Assembly (NCBI RefSeq): GCF_900232105.1
Contig: NZ_LT934425.1
Coordinates: 210,001 to 242,000 of the forward strand
Reading direction: 5' to 3'
Length of the DNA: 32,000 nt
From: Candidatus Kuenenia stuttgartensis
GTDB lineage: Bacteria > Planctomycetota > Brocadiia > Brocadiales > Brocadiaceae
Below are positions 1 to 7,776 of this stretch, piece by piece. The notes below the pieces were generated by a model that saw only the letters and a list, made by a program, of their open reading frames with translations, ran no database searches and was not told the DNA's origin. Position numbers and translations under genes: made by a program. The stretch's first letter is position 1; each line of letters starts with the position of its first letter.

Positions 1-67
1 TTTTCTCTTCCTCGTTTAGTTTTTGCAAAACGCCTACCAAATCACCATCGCGCTGTTTGAGATCCAT
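1..67 (-). CDS. 5' end of an unidentified gene that runs off the window (MDLKQRDGDLVGVLQKLNEEEK...)
   Basis: ATG at 67..65 is preceded by AGGAGG about 11 nt upstream on the minus strand. The frame is open to position 1. Only 22 codons are visible. Confidence 0.3.
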   Translation of the reverse strand, partial: MDLKQRDGDLVGVLQKLNEEEK

Positions 68-155
68 ATGAACCACTGCCTCCTATATGTTTAATTTGTA
101 TAGGCTGGGCGATCCCTATATCGCCTAGCCGGAATAGCTACACGCCCAAATATGG

Positions 156-533
156 TTATATCTTTTCCGCAGATGCCTCTACTCCAAACCAATTTTTCAA
201 TTTCACCGAAGTCTTAGTCTTTACTTCATCATTGATGTATACAGCCACTGTTGCAAGCGCAGCCGCCAAAGCGCCCAGGTCATCTGCAAAGCCGACAACC
301 GGTATCACGTCGGGTATCGCGTCCACCGGACATATAAAATATGCCAGTGCGCCGTAAATAACAGTCTTTGCCCACAGGGGCGTTTCCGGTCGCTGGGCAG
401 CATAGTATAGCCACAAGCTTTTTTCGATTACCTCCTTGCCTGCAACTTTTGCAAATTTTTTAACCTTTTCCCAAAAACTTTCATCCGAATACCCATCCGG
501 AATAGCCACCTGCAATTCACCATCTTTGCTCAT
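156..533 (-). CDS. DUF1232 / YkvA-family small membrane protein
   Basis: 125-aa ORF with the motif YFICPVDAIPDVIPVVGFADDLGAL typical of DUF1232. AAGGAG lies 8 nt upstream of the ATG. Confidence 0.8.
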   Translation of the reverse strand: MSKDGELQVAIPDGYSDESFWEKVKKFAKVAGKEVIEKSLWLYYAAQRPETPLWAKTVIYGALAYFICPVDAIPDVIPVVGFADDLGALAAALATVAVYINDEVKTKTSVKLKNWFGVEASAEKI

Positions 534-612
534 TTCAAAATCTCCTTTCTAAGAAAAAACCTACCGCACAAATCCTATAGTAATTATGGAAAGATACATT
601 TTTCGCCACCGA

Positions 613-894
613 TTAATTTCTTTTCCTCCGAAGCCATTTAACGAGTTTATAAACACCATAGCCAGCGCCAGCAGCAGCAATTGGCGCAGCGGCTACAACT
701 GCAAGTCCAGCCGCCATACCCCCACCGACCACGGTACCAACTGCGGCCAGGCCGGAAGTAATTCCAGTTGCCCCAAGCCCGGAAACACCACCTACGGCAA
801 CCGCCGTTACAGCGCCGCCTGCACCAGCTACAGCACCGGTGCCCGTTGAAGCCATTACGCCTACCACGGAAGAACCATCTTTATCGTTGCCCAT
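613..894 (-). CDS. small Gly/Ala-rich (glycine-zipper-like) membrane protein with a basic C-terminal tail
   Basis: The internal start MGNDKDG at 894 is preceded by GGAGGAG. About 70 residues are G/A/V-rich and the protein ends KLVKWLRRKRN. It lies 79 bp upstream of the DUF1232 gene on the same strand. The longer 125-aa version in the track has no RBS. Confidence 0.6.
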   Translation of the reverse strand: MGNDKDGSSVVGVMASTGTGAVAGAGGAVTAVAVGGVSGLGATGITSGLAAVGTVVGGGMAAGLAVVAAAPIAAAGAGYGVYKLVKWLRRKRN

Positions 895-1103
895 CAACTC
901 CTCCTTTGAAAAAAACAATGATAACCGCCCCCACACTTCCCATACCCTTACTCCCCAAACCGGAATCAAATGATCTTGCCTCCAAAACATTCAACAGCCT
1001 TGCGCTTTTTTATGTCCGCATCCTCCTGCATGATGTAGGGCGATGGACGATGGACGATGAATTACGGACATCCTTCGTGCTTCGTCTCTCGCTCTTACGT
1101 TTT

Positions 1104-1624
1104 TCAAAAGACTAAAGTGTTATGAATATTCTTCTTTAAGTCCTCAAGACATTTCCGGTCGAACTCCCCCATACCTCTGCAAAGCTGGTGAAAAAAGGTA
1201 ATATTCATAATCAGCGAATCCTTGTCCAGCTTATTTTTTGGGGATATAGTATCAGAATCTTTGGCAAACACAACATCTTTCCAGTCATTTATCGAATCGT
1301 TTATTCTCACGATAATTTCTTTTCTGTTAATTTCATCTATTTTTTTAGCCCTTGAGCCACCCTTAATTTGCTTCTCCTGCGATATGGCGTTTTTTACGTC
1401 ACGAAGTATCTCGTAGTATACTGATTGCTTCGGAAAAAACCCTCGCAATGACAAGCTGAGACCCTTGCGATGACAAGTTTTGTAACATTATACTTTTTTG
1501 TAAACCCCTCGACCCTTTTCTCTCTATGCTCATATACTCTTCTTTTAAGATTATTCGTAACCCCTGTGTAGAGTACGGTATTATTTTTATTCGTCATTAT
1601 GTAAACGGAGTATAATTTATCCAT
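1104..1624 (-). pseudogene. GIY-YIG nuclease family gene (UPF0213/YhbQ-like) interrupted by a 53-bp repeat insertion
   Basis: The N-terminal half reads YSVYIMTNKNNTVLYTGVTNNLKRRVYEHREKRVEGFTKKYNVTKLV (ORF 1394..1651, likely start M10 at 1624). The expected continuation YYEILRDVKNAISQEKQIKGGSRAKK is in ORF 1104..1454 in another frame. The halves are separated by 1419..1471, and 53 is not a multiple of 3. Confidence 0.7.
1419..1471. repeat. two-unit copy of the 'cttgtcattgcgaggg...ccgaagcaatc' hairpin repeat inserted inside the GIY-YIG gene
   Basis: The sequence tactgattgcttcggaaaaaaccctcgcaatgacaagctgagacccttgcgat matches the units at 1651-1746 and 1951-2016. Confidence 0.75.
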
Positions 1625-1650
1625 TACAATTACCTTGATTGAATCTGGCA

Positions 1651-2016
1651 TTATGAGATTGCTTCGGAAAAAGCCCTCGCAATGACAAGCTGAGACCCCT
1701 GTAGTGCTCCTGCAATAACAAGCTGAGCCTCCTGCAATGACAAGCTAACACTTTTTGGATGGCCCTATAAATTTGAACCGGTACAGAAACATAAATGCCA
1801 GACGTTTCCGACTCGAAAGTAAGACTACAAAAAATAGCTTAAGTACAGATACTACAACACGATATGGTTATAAAACCATTTTCATCGTTTCTGGATGTTG
1901 CAAATGAAACATGATGACTGGTGGCTTATTTTGTCAACACAAGGGTATCCGCTTGTCATTGCAAGGGTCTTTTTCGGCTTGTCATTGCGAGGGCTTTTTC
2001 CGAAGCAATCTCATAA
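1651..2016. repeat. 366-bp element bounded by perfect 40-bp inverted repeats of the same hairpin-repeat family (MITE-like)
   Basis: 1651..1690 (ttatgagattgcttcggaaaaagccctcgcaatgacaagc) is the exact reverse complement of 1977..2016. Extra degenerate units (ctgcaataacaagctgag, ctgcaatgacaagct) lie at 1712-1746 and 1951-1976. Confidence 0.8.
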
Positions 2017-2244
2017 ACAGTCATAGAGAGCCTTCCATCCTGCATCATTCCATTAACTAATTCTATTTTTTTGTAACACTTTAGTTCTATGAAAAAAACG
2101 CTCGTTACCAAGCTCCGGCTTGGGAACGGGATTGTTTGAGAAGCTCCAGCTTCGAATGGAAAAGAGAATGGGTCCATGTCAGCTTGTACTTTTCAGTATG
2201 TTATCAATATATTTGGAGTCCCATTTTGAGCCAAATAATTCTTG

Positions 2245-3123
2245 CTAAATTGAAGCGAGAGCTTCCAGTCTTTTTTTTAATTTTCCTATCAATTTGTCCT
2301 CATCCATTTCAACCTGATTTGAAGAATCGCACGAATTCAGAAATTCTGTAATATCTTTCTTACGCATGTTTGTCTGATAAAAAACGGTTATGTCCGGCGT
2401 TGATGTGGCAGGAGTCCTTGTTGTCATTTCATACAGGACGTAGTCATTCAGGTTTTCAGGCAGGTTTATCCGGTGCACCCTAAAGATTTCCCCTTTATGA
2501 AAGAATTTTCCTTTAAGATTGGTCAGTAATTTTCTTATGCTGTCAACAATTGGCTGCGCTTCGGATGCATACTGTCTTGTCGCATCCCGAAGGCATGGAT
2601 CACTGTTAATCTGATTAAGGATAGAGGCGATTATTGAATCTTTGGCGCTGGAGACAAATTGTCCTACTAAGTCCTTGCGCTTATTGCGCAATTTGAATAT
2701 TTTCAAGCCGATTGTTTTATCAAAGGCCGATGTGTTTATTTCACAAAGATTGCCATGCAAAATATTCTCTAGCCAATTATTGAATGCTGATTCGGTTGCC
2801 CTTCCAACGTTCTCTGCATATTTATCCTTAATTCCCGAAAGCCGATTGCAAAGGGCTTCCATATTCATGGCAACATCATATTGCCCTCCTTTCATGTAAC
2901 GTTTCTTAAAACACGGCTCGCAAATGATTTCATTATGCAAGTAGTAGCCTTCAGTATTGGGATTTGCAGTTGGTTGGCCGTATCTTTTTGTCAGCGCTGT
3001 TTGTTCGTATATCCGATTATCTCCGATTTGAGTTAGGCAAGCGCCACCCTCGTATTCGACCTTAACAATTTCGGAACATTTCAGGCAATGGTACCTATTT
3101 CCCTGAATATTCAGCCATGACAT
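2245..3123 (-). CDS. hypothetical protein with an N-terminal CxxC...CxxC zinc-ribbon-like motif
   Basis: 292-aa ORF with Cys pairs C13/C16 and C68/C71. I recognise no family. It lies downstream of the XRE-HTH gene on the same strand. Confidence 0.55.
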   Translation of the reverse strand: MSWLNIQGNRYHCLKCSEIVKVEYEGGACLTQIGDNRIYEQTALTKRYGQPTANPNTEGYYLHNEIICEPCFKKRYMKGGQYDVAMNMEALCNRLSGIKDKYAENVGRATESAFNNWLENILHGNLCEINTSAFDKTIGLKIFKLRNKRKDLVGQFVSSAKDSIIASILNQINSDPCLRDATRQYASEAQPIVDSIRKLLTNLKGKFFHKGEIFRVHRINLPENLNDYVLYEMTTRTPATSTPDITVFYQTNMRKKDITEFLNSCDSSNQVEMDEDKLIGKLKKRLEALASI

Positions 3124-3199
3124 AATTTGGTTTCCTATTTGTGGTTGTTGGTGTTTAAGGTAGCATGTGGAAATACAGTCTCTATTTTCTTTAAAAAGC

Positions 3200-3267
3200 A
3201 GGGGCGAAGCATTTGCTGTTTGGGTATGAACGCATTTGTGACAATTTATAGCAAATGCTTCGCCCCT
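3200..3267. repeat. long hairpin repeat (17-bp arms aggggcgaagcatttgc / gcaaatgcttcgcccct, 34-nt loop)
   Basis: The arms are perfectly complementary. The same arm sequence recurs at 4628-4738. Both copies are followed by ctacaat. Confidence 0.8.
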
Positions 3268-3293
3268 ACAATATGCGTGGCAAATTATTGTTT

Positions 3294-3659
3294 TTATTTC
3301 GGTTTTTTATTCTTTTTGAAAAGGTCCAATATTTTTCCGGTGTTTGAGGATTTTTTTATGAGTGAAGTTATTGCCGCCCCCCATGGATTCGTTATGACAA
3401 ACCCTGCGATTACTGCCGTGGCTATAACGCCGCCTATGCCCATCAATCCCAGCATCTTCCGGATTTTTTTCTGATCTACGTCTTTATTATCAACCAATTG
3501 CTTCAGCGCAATGAGCTGTTCTTCCTGTGTATCGTCAGGCTGTGAAATGCCGCTTTCCCACCTGCTCACTGTTGAAAAGCTGATTCCCAATGCCTTTGCA
3601 AACTCGGACTGGGTTGCACCCAGCTTTTCACGAAGTTCCTTAATTTCTTTTGCACCCAT
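3294..3659 (-). CDS. XRE-family helix-turn-helix regulator with a C-terminal transmembrane segment
   Basis: LREKLGATQSEFAKALGISFSTVSRWESG is a classic HTH_3 motif. The hydrophobic stretch LGLMGIGGVIATAVIAGFVI lies near the C-terminus. Confidence 0.85.
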   Translation of the reverse strand: MGAKEIKELREKLGATQSEFAKALGISFSTVSRWESGISQPDDTQEEQLIALKQLVDNKDVDQKKIRKMLGLMGIGGVIATAVIAGFVITNPWGAAITSLIKKSSNTGKILDLFKKNKKPK

Positions 3660-3743
3660 TATGCCACCGCTCTTTCACAAAATTTAAAAGGTATTCATAG
3701 TGAATACTTGTGGAAGTATATCACAAATTAACTATTATGCAAG

Positions 3744-3773
3744 GCAAATAATTTGCATATGCAAATTATTTGC
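3744..3773. promoter_or_regulatory. perfect 30-bp palindrome, candidate operator upstream of the XRE gene
   Basis: gcaaataatttgcatatgcaaattatttgc is self-complementary over all 30 bp and lies 85 bp upstream of the HTH start codon. Confidence 0.4.
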
Positions 3774-3842
3774 GGCTGATTTAACGTTTTTTCTTCTCGC
3801 TTCCATGTGAAGCCGGAGCTTGGGAACGAGTGTATACTGGTG

Positions 3843-4580
3843 TTATTTTTTACCTGCGGCTGCCAAATATATTACAAATTCCTCATCGCCATCGAGAGAG
3901 AGTAAATCGTTTATATTATCATCAGAAAACGCCGCAATTGCGCATGCCCCGCAATCAATTGATTCTGCGCTTAAATACAAATTCTGGCAGACGTGTCCTG
4001 CATCCAGATGCATATATCTGTATCCGCGTTCTCCATATCGCCATTTCATACGGTAAGCTACCGCAGACCAAATGAAAACAACATCGCATAGTTTTATTAT
4101 ATTCTGCCCCAAACACGCTTCTGTAATTTTATCAGCAATATCCGGTTGTAAATTTACCTCCATCAGCTTATGTTTAGATGCAAGAAATCTGTATACGCCT
4201 GGCAACAAACCCGTTATGTTATTTATCAATAAATACGTTTCCAAAGAATGCCGCGCCCCCGCTGACGGCACGTTTCGATACGTTGCAGTCCCGGGTATTA
4301 CTTCTTTTACATCCTGAGTGCACCACAGCAGGTAAGATAATTCTTCAAGGGTTAATGGTTTTTTAGAATAATTACGTATACTTGTTCTTGATTCTATCAC
4401 TCTTCGTACATCAGCATTTTTTACAACAATATCCTCCGGTTTCGGTAAAGCTATAATCGATTTTGACCGGTCATAAGGAAGCTCCAAAGGCGGCTGTTGT
4501 ATCCCTTTCATCTGATCCGATGCCGCTAAATACTGATATTTTGTCATGTGCATAAACTCTTTTCCAATTCCGTTTGACAT
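3843..4580 (-). CDS. SagB/ThcOx-type dehydrogenase (nitroreductase superfamily)
   Basis: Motifs IESRTSIRNY, VPSAGARHSLETY and RYGERGYRYMHLDAGHVCQNLYL are present. The start MSNGIGKEF at 4580 has AAGGAG 8 nt upstream. The longer ORF to 4751 reads through a repeat. Confidence 0.8.
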   Translation of the reverse strand: MSNGIGKEFMHMTKYQYLAASDQMKGIQQPPLELPYDRSKSIIALPKPEDIVVKNADVRRVIESRTSIRNYSKKPLTLEELSYLLWCTQDVKEVIPGTATYRNVPSAGARHSLETYLLINNITGLLPGVYRFLASKHKLMEVNLQPDIADKITEACLGQNIIKLCDVVFIWSAVAYRMKWRYGERGYRYMHLDAGHVCQNLYLSAESIDCGACAIAAFSDDNINDLLSLDGDEEFVIYLAAAGKK

Positions 4581-4627
4581 AATCACACTCCTTTTTTGGC
4601 AAAAATTTATTTTTTTAGAAAAAGCAT

Positions 4628-4738
4628 GGGGCGAAGCATTTGCCTGCGTACAGTATACTCGTTCAGTGGAACGGTGCCGGCGCATATACAGACAACTTTT
4701 TACGTCTTTGTTCCCTATGCCGGCAAATGCTTCGCCCC
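4628..4738. repeat. second copy of the ggggcgaagcatttgcc / ggcaaatgcttcgcccc long hairpin (77-nt loop)
   Basis: 17-bp perfectly complementary arms lie at 4628-4644 and 4722-4738, immediately upstream of the SagB-type gene. Confidence 0.8.
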
Positions 4739-4858
4739 TACAATTTATCATTTTGCGAATAAAAAGCTATAGCTTTATGCAGTGAAAAACATGTACAATT
4801 TGCTTCCACTGTATTTGATGTATAGGAATTTCAATATTTTTAGTTAAGCAATGCATAA

Positions 4859-4928
4859 ACCCACCCCCTGCCCCTCCCAGGAGAGGAATTTGATAAGTCC
4901 CCTCCTGGGAGGAGATTGAGGGGTGGGT
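4859..4928. repeat. G/C-rich imperfect palindromic module (acccacccc...cccctcc...ggaggag...ggggtgggt)
   Basis: Seen in the divergent intergenic region between the SagB-type gene and the debranching-enzyme gene. Related modules occur at 13803-13875 and 30889-30956. Confidence 0.7.
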
Positions 4929-5008
4929 AAAAATAAATGCCGTTGGATTTTTTGTCTTTTAAAAACCCGGCATAATTTATATTTTAATCGTAAACAGCAC
5001 TTATTTAT

Positions 5009-7039
5009 ATGACTATCGTTTTTAAAAAGAATATCTGTCAAACGGTTTCTCTTTCTTTAGAAAAAGAATGGCTGGAGGCAAACGGGATTGGTGGCTATGC
5101 CTCATCTACAATTATTGGCGCCAATACAAGACGTTATCATGGGTTGCTTATGGCGGCAACAAAGCCGCCCCTGGGAAGAATGTTAATGCTGTCCAAATTA
5201 GAAGAAGCGCTCTTTGTTGATGGGCGGGAATATCCTTTGTCCACGAACATTTATCCTAATACGATCTTCCCGGAAGGATACAAACATCTCGTTCAATTCC
5301 AATCAGATCCGTTTCCTGTATGGGAGTATTCTGTAGAAGGAATGCTGATTAAAAAAACGGTTTTTATGGTGTATGGTCAAAATACCACCGTGATTATGTA
5401 TCAGATACATCGGGAGAATGAAATGCTTCCCCCCCCTGTTTTATCAATTCGTTTTATGATTGCTTTTCGTGATTATCACAGTCTGACTCATGAGAATCCC
5501 TGTTTGAATACCGGTTATACAAATCTGCGCAATGGGGTTTGTTTAACGCCATACAAGGAACTCTCATCTCTGTATGTTTTTTTTAATGCAACATCAATCG
5601 ACTCAAATTGTTTTTGGTATAAAAATATGAAATATCCTAAGGAGATTGAACGGGGAATGGAGGCCTATGAGGATCATTTCAGCCCTTTTGCTATCAACTT
5701 CAGTCCAATACAAAACGATGCAATCTATTATGTTGTCGCATCAACGGAAAACTATGATTGCATAGATATTAATGAACTCTATGAAAAGGAAACAGGACGC
5801 AGAAATGCGTTGAACAACAATATCCAAAGAAATCAAATAATTTTCCCCTTTGTTTTTCCAGGAACAGGAGACGAAAACACCGGGAATTCTGACATTCTGA
5901 ACTGCTTACTCTCCACATCAGACACTTTTATTGTAAAGAGGGGGAATTGCAGGAAAAGTATTATTGCCGGATACCATTGGTTTGCTGATTGGGGAAGGGA
6001 TACGATGATTTCGCTTCCAGGCTTAACCCTTGTTCAGGGGAAATATGATACGGCAAAAGAAATATTGCTTACGTATGCCGGCCATGTCAATAAAGGCATG
6101 ATTCCTAATCGTTTTCCCGACTACGGAGAATTGCCGGAATACAATACAGTGGATGCGTCTTTGTGGTACATACATGCGGTGTATAAGTATTATCTCTATT
6201 CTAAAGATATACTAACAATTCAGAATAAGCTGTATCCGGTTTTACACGAAATCGTCTCCTATTACCGTAAAGGCGCCCGCTATAATATTCACATGGAGAG
6301 CGACGGTTTAATCTATGCCGGTGAAGAAGGCATTCAACTGACATGGATGGACGCAAAAGTGGGTGATTGGGTGGTGACCCCCCGGATGGGCAAGGCGGTT
6401 GAGGTCAATGCCCTTTGGCATAATGCATTGAGGATTATCTCTTTTTTTGCGGAAATCATGGATTTAGAAAATGATTACCGTGAATATTCTGCGTTATCTG
6501 TAAAGGCAGGCAATTCATTCAATGAACTGTTTTGGTTCGAAGAAGGCGGCTATCTTTACGATTATGTTGACGGCGGAATGAAAAACTCTTCAATCCGCCC
6601 GAATCAGATATTTGCCATAAGTCTGCCATTCGTGTCATTACCCTTCAGAAAACAACAGGCTGTTTTTGAGATCATAAAAAAACATTTATTAACACCTTAT
6701 GGATTGAGGAGTCTTTCCCCCGCCGATAAAGATTACATTGGTGTTTATCGAGGAAATGTTTATGAGAGGGATAGGGCATACCATCAGGGTACCGTATGGG
6801 CATGGCTGATAGGGCCATATCTTGATGCATTTTTTAAAATATACGGCAACAATATTCATACAAAAAGAATGATGGTTGAATTACTACAACCATTGTGTAA
6901 TCATATTTACGATGCCGGAATTGGTTCTATTTCGGAGATTTTTGACGGAGATTATCCCCACACGCCGCGCGGATGTATATCACAGGCCTGGAGTGTCGGC
7001 GAATTGCTGCGGGCAATGTTTGAAAATTTGGCAAAGTAG
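5009..7039 (+). CDS. glycogen debranching enzyme, archaeal type (amylo-alpha-1,6-glucosidase, GDE_N/GDE_C)
   Basis: 676-aa ORF with EWLEANGIGGYASSTIIGANTRRYHGLL at the N-terminus and GYHWFADWGRDTMISLPGL and AYHQGTVWAWLIGPY in the C-domain. Confidence 0.9.
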   Translation: MTIVFKKNICQTVSLSLEKEWLEANGIGGYASSTIIGANTRRYHGLLMAATKPPLGRMLMLSKLEEALFVDGREYPLSTNIYPNTIFPEGYKHLVQFQSDPFPVWEYSVEGMLIKKTVFMVYGQNTTVIMYQIHRENEMLPPPVLSIRFMIAFRDYHSLTHENPCLNTGYTNLRNGVCLTPYKELSSLYVFFNATSIDSNCFWYKNMKYPKEIERGMEAYEDHFSPFAINFSPIQNDAIYYVVASTENYDCIDINELYEKETGRRNALNNNIQRNQIIFPFVFPGTGDENTGNSDILNCLLSTSDTFIVKRGNCRKSIIAGYHWFADWGRDTMISLPGLTLVQGKYDTAKEILLTYAGHVNKGMIPNRFPDYGELPEYNTVDASLWYIHAVYKYYLYSKDILTIQNKLYPVLHEIVSYYRKGARYNIHMESDGLIYAGEEGIQLTWMDAKVGDWVVTPRMGKAVEVNALWHNALRIISFFAEIMDLENDYREYSALSVKAGNSFNELFWFEEGGYLYDYVDGGMKNSSIRPNQIFAISLPFVSLPFRKQQAVFEIIKKHLLTPYGLRSLSPADKDYIGVYRGNVYERDRAYHQGTVWAWLIGPYLDAFFKIYGNNIHTKRMMVELLQPLCNHIYDAGIGSISEIFDGDYPHTPRGCISQAWSVGELLRAMFENLAK

Positions 7040-7075
7040 CATCTATTTTGTGACACTTTAGTCTTTTGGAAAGGC

Positions 7076-7119
7076 GAAAACGCTCGTTCAGGAATTCCTG
7101 CCTGGTAACGAGCGTTTTC
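7076..7119. repeat. 13-bp-stem hairpin between the convergent debranching-enzyme and bfr genes
   Basis: gaaaacgctcgtt / aacgagcgttttc with an 18-nt loop. No U-run on either strand, so it is not a canonical intrinsic terminator. It is related to the ctcgtt...aacgag repeat family. Confidence 0.6.
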
Positions 7120-7151
7120 TAAACGAGCGCATCTTCCGCTATTTCTTTACA

Positions 7152-7628
7152 CTACTCATCTTTTTTTATTACCTGAACAGACAAATAATTTTCAATCCCC
7201 ATATCCTTAATTTGCTGCAAGTGTTCCTCCAAATCATTTGCGTGTTTTTCTTCATCGGTCAAAATATGTTCAAGCAACTCCCTGGAACCGGCGTCTCCAA
7301 CCTCAGCGCACAAGGTGATTGATTTTTGGAGTCTCTGAATTGCAATTTTTTCCAAAGCGTAATCATTCTCCAGTTGCTCCTTAACAACCTTTCCTACAGT
7401 AATTTTACCAAGATCCATTTTTGGTATGCCTTCTAAATACAACAAGCGTTCAATGAGTTTTTCCGCATGCTTCATCTCTTCTATGGAATTTTTCTCATTA
7501 AATTCATACAGGCGTTTATATCCCCAGTTTTCACACATCTTGGCATGCACAAAATATTGGTTAATCGCTGTAATTTCAGCCATTAACAACTCGTTTAAAA
7601 CCACAATAACCTTTGGATTTCCTTCCAT
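7152..7628 (-). CDS. bfr: bacterioferritin
   Basis: 158 aa with VIVVLNELLMAEITAINQYFVHAKMCENWGY and the EEMKHAEKLIERLL haem-Met/ferroxidase motifs. AAGGAGG lies upstream of the ATG. Confidence 0.95.
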   Translation of the reverse strand: MEGNPKVIVVLNELLMAEITAINQYFVHAKMCENWGYKRLYEFNEKNSIEEMKHAEKLIERLLYLEGIPKMDLGKITVGKVVKEQLENDYALEKIAIQRLQKSITLCAEVGDAGSRELLEHILTDEEKHANDLEEHLQQIKDMGIENYLSVQVIKKDE

Positions 7629-7678
7629 AAAACACCTCCTTTATGTAATAAAATAATACTTATGTAATAAAGAGGAAA

Positions 7679-7724
7679 TGGCGATAGTATCGCCACTCCG
7701 TAAACTTATGAAAGTATTATAACA
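7679..7724 (-). promoter_or_regulatory. candidate bfr promoter (extended -10 TGTTATAAT, 7716-7724) with a 17-bp palindrome in the leader (7679-7695)
   Basis: The minus strand reads TGTTATAAT about 88 nt upstream of the ATG. tggcgatagtatcgcca has 8-bp perfectly complementary arms and lies between that -10 and the RBS. Confidence 0.35.
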
Positions 7725-7776
7725 TTGAATTAATGTTTTTTGCATAGGGAATTAAATACTTTTTATCGCAATAGTT

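Noticed and set aside
586-1115. Plus-strand ORFs of 87 and 115 aa overlapping the Gly/Ala-rich gene
   Set aside because: They are antisense shadows of a GC-rich, low-complexity coding region (Pro/Ser/Thr-rich mirror translation). They have no RBS, whereas the minus-strand gene has a strong one.
1419-2016. Closely spaced short direct and inverted repeats that could be mistaken for a CRISPR array
   Set aside because: The units are in mixed orientation, irregularly spaced and degenerate. There are no uniform spacers, and no cas genes are present in the window.
1956-2177. 73-aa minus-strand ORF; the same applies to the 65-aa ORF at 4844..5041
   Set aside because: Both are translations of repeat elements (..YEIASEKALAMTS.., ..PSRSLVTS.. 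and ..PPRRGLIKFLSWEGQGVG..). They have no RBS and repeat-derived composition.
7076-7119. Bidirectional intrinsic terminator between the debranching-enzyme gene and bfr
   Set aside because: It has a good 13-bp stem, but the loop is 18 nt and no U-run follows on either strand. It also belongs to a dispersed repeat family. It is kept only as a hairpin repeat.
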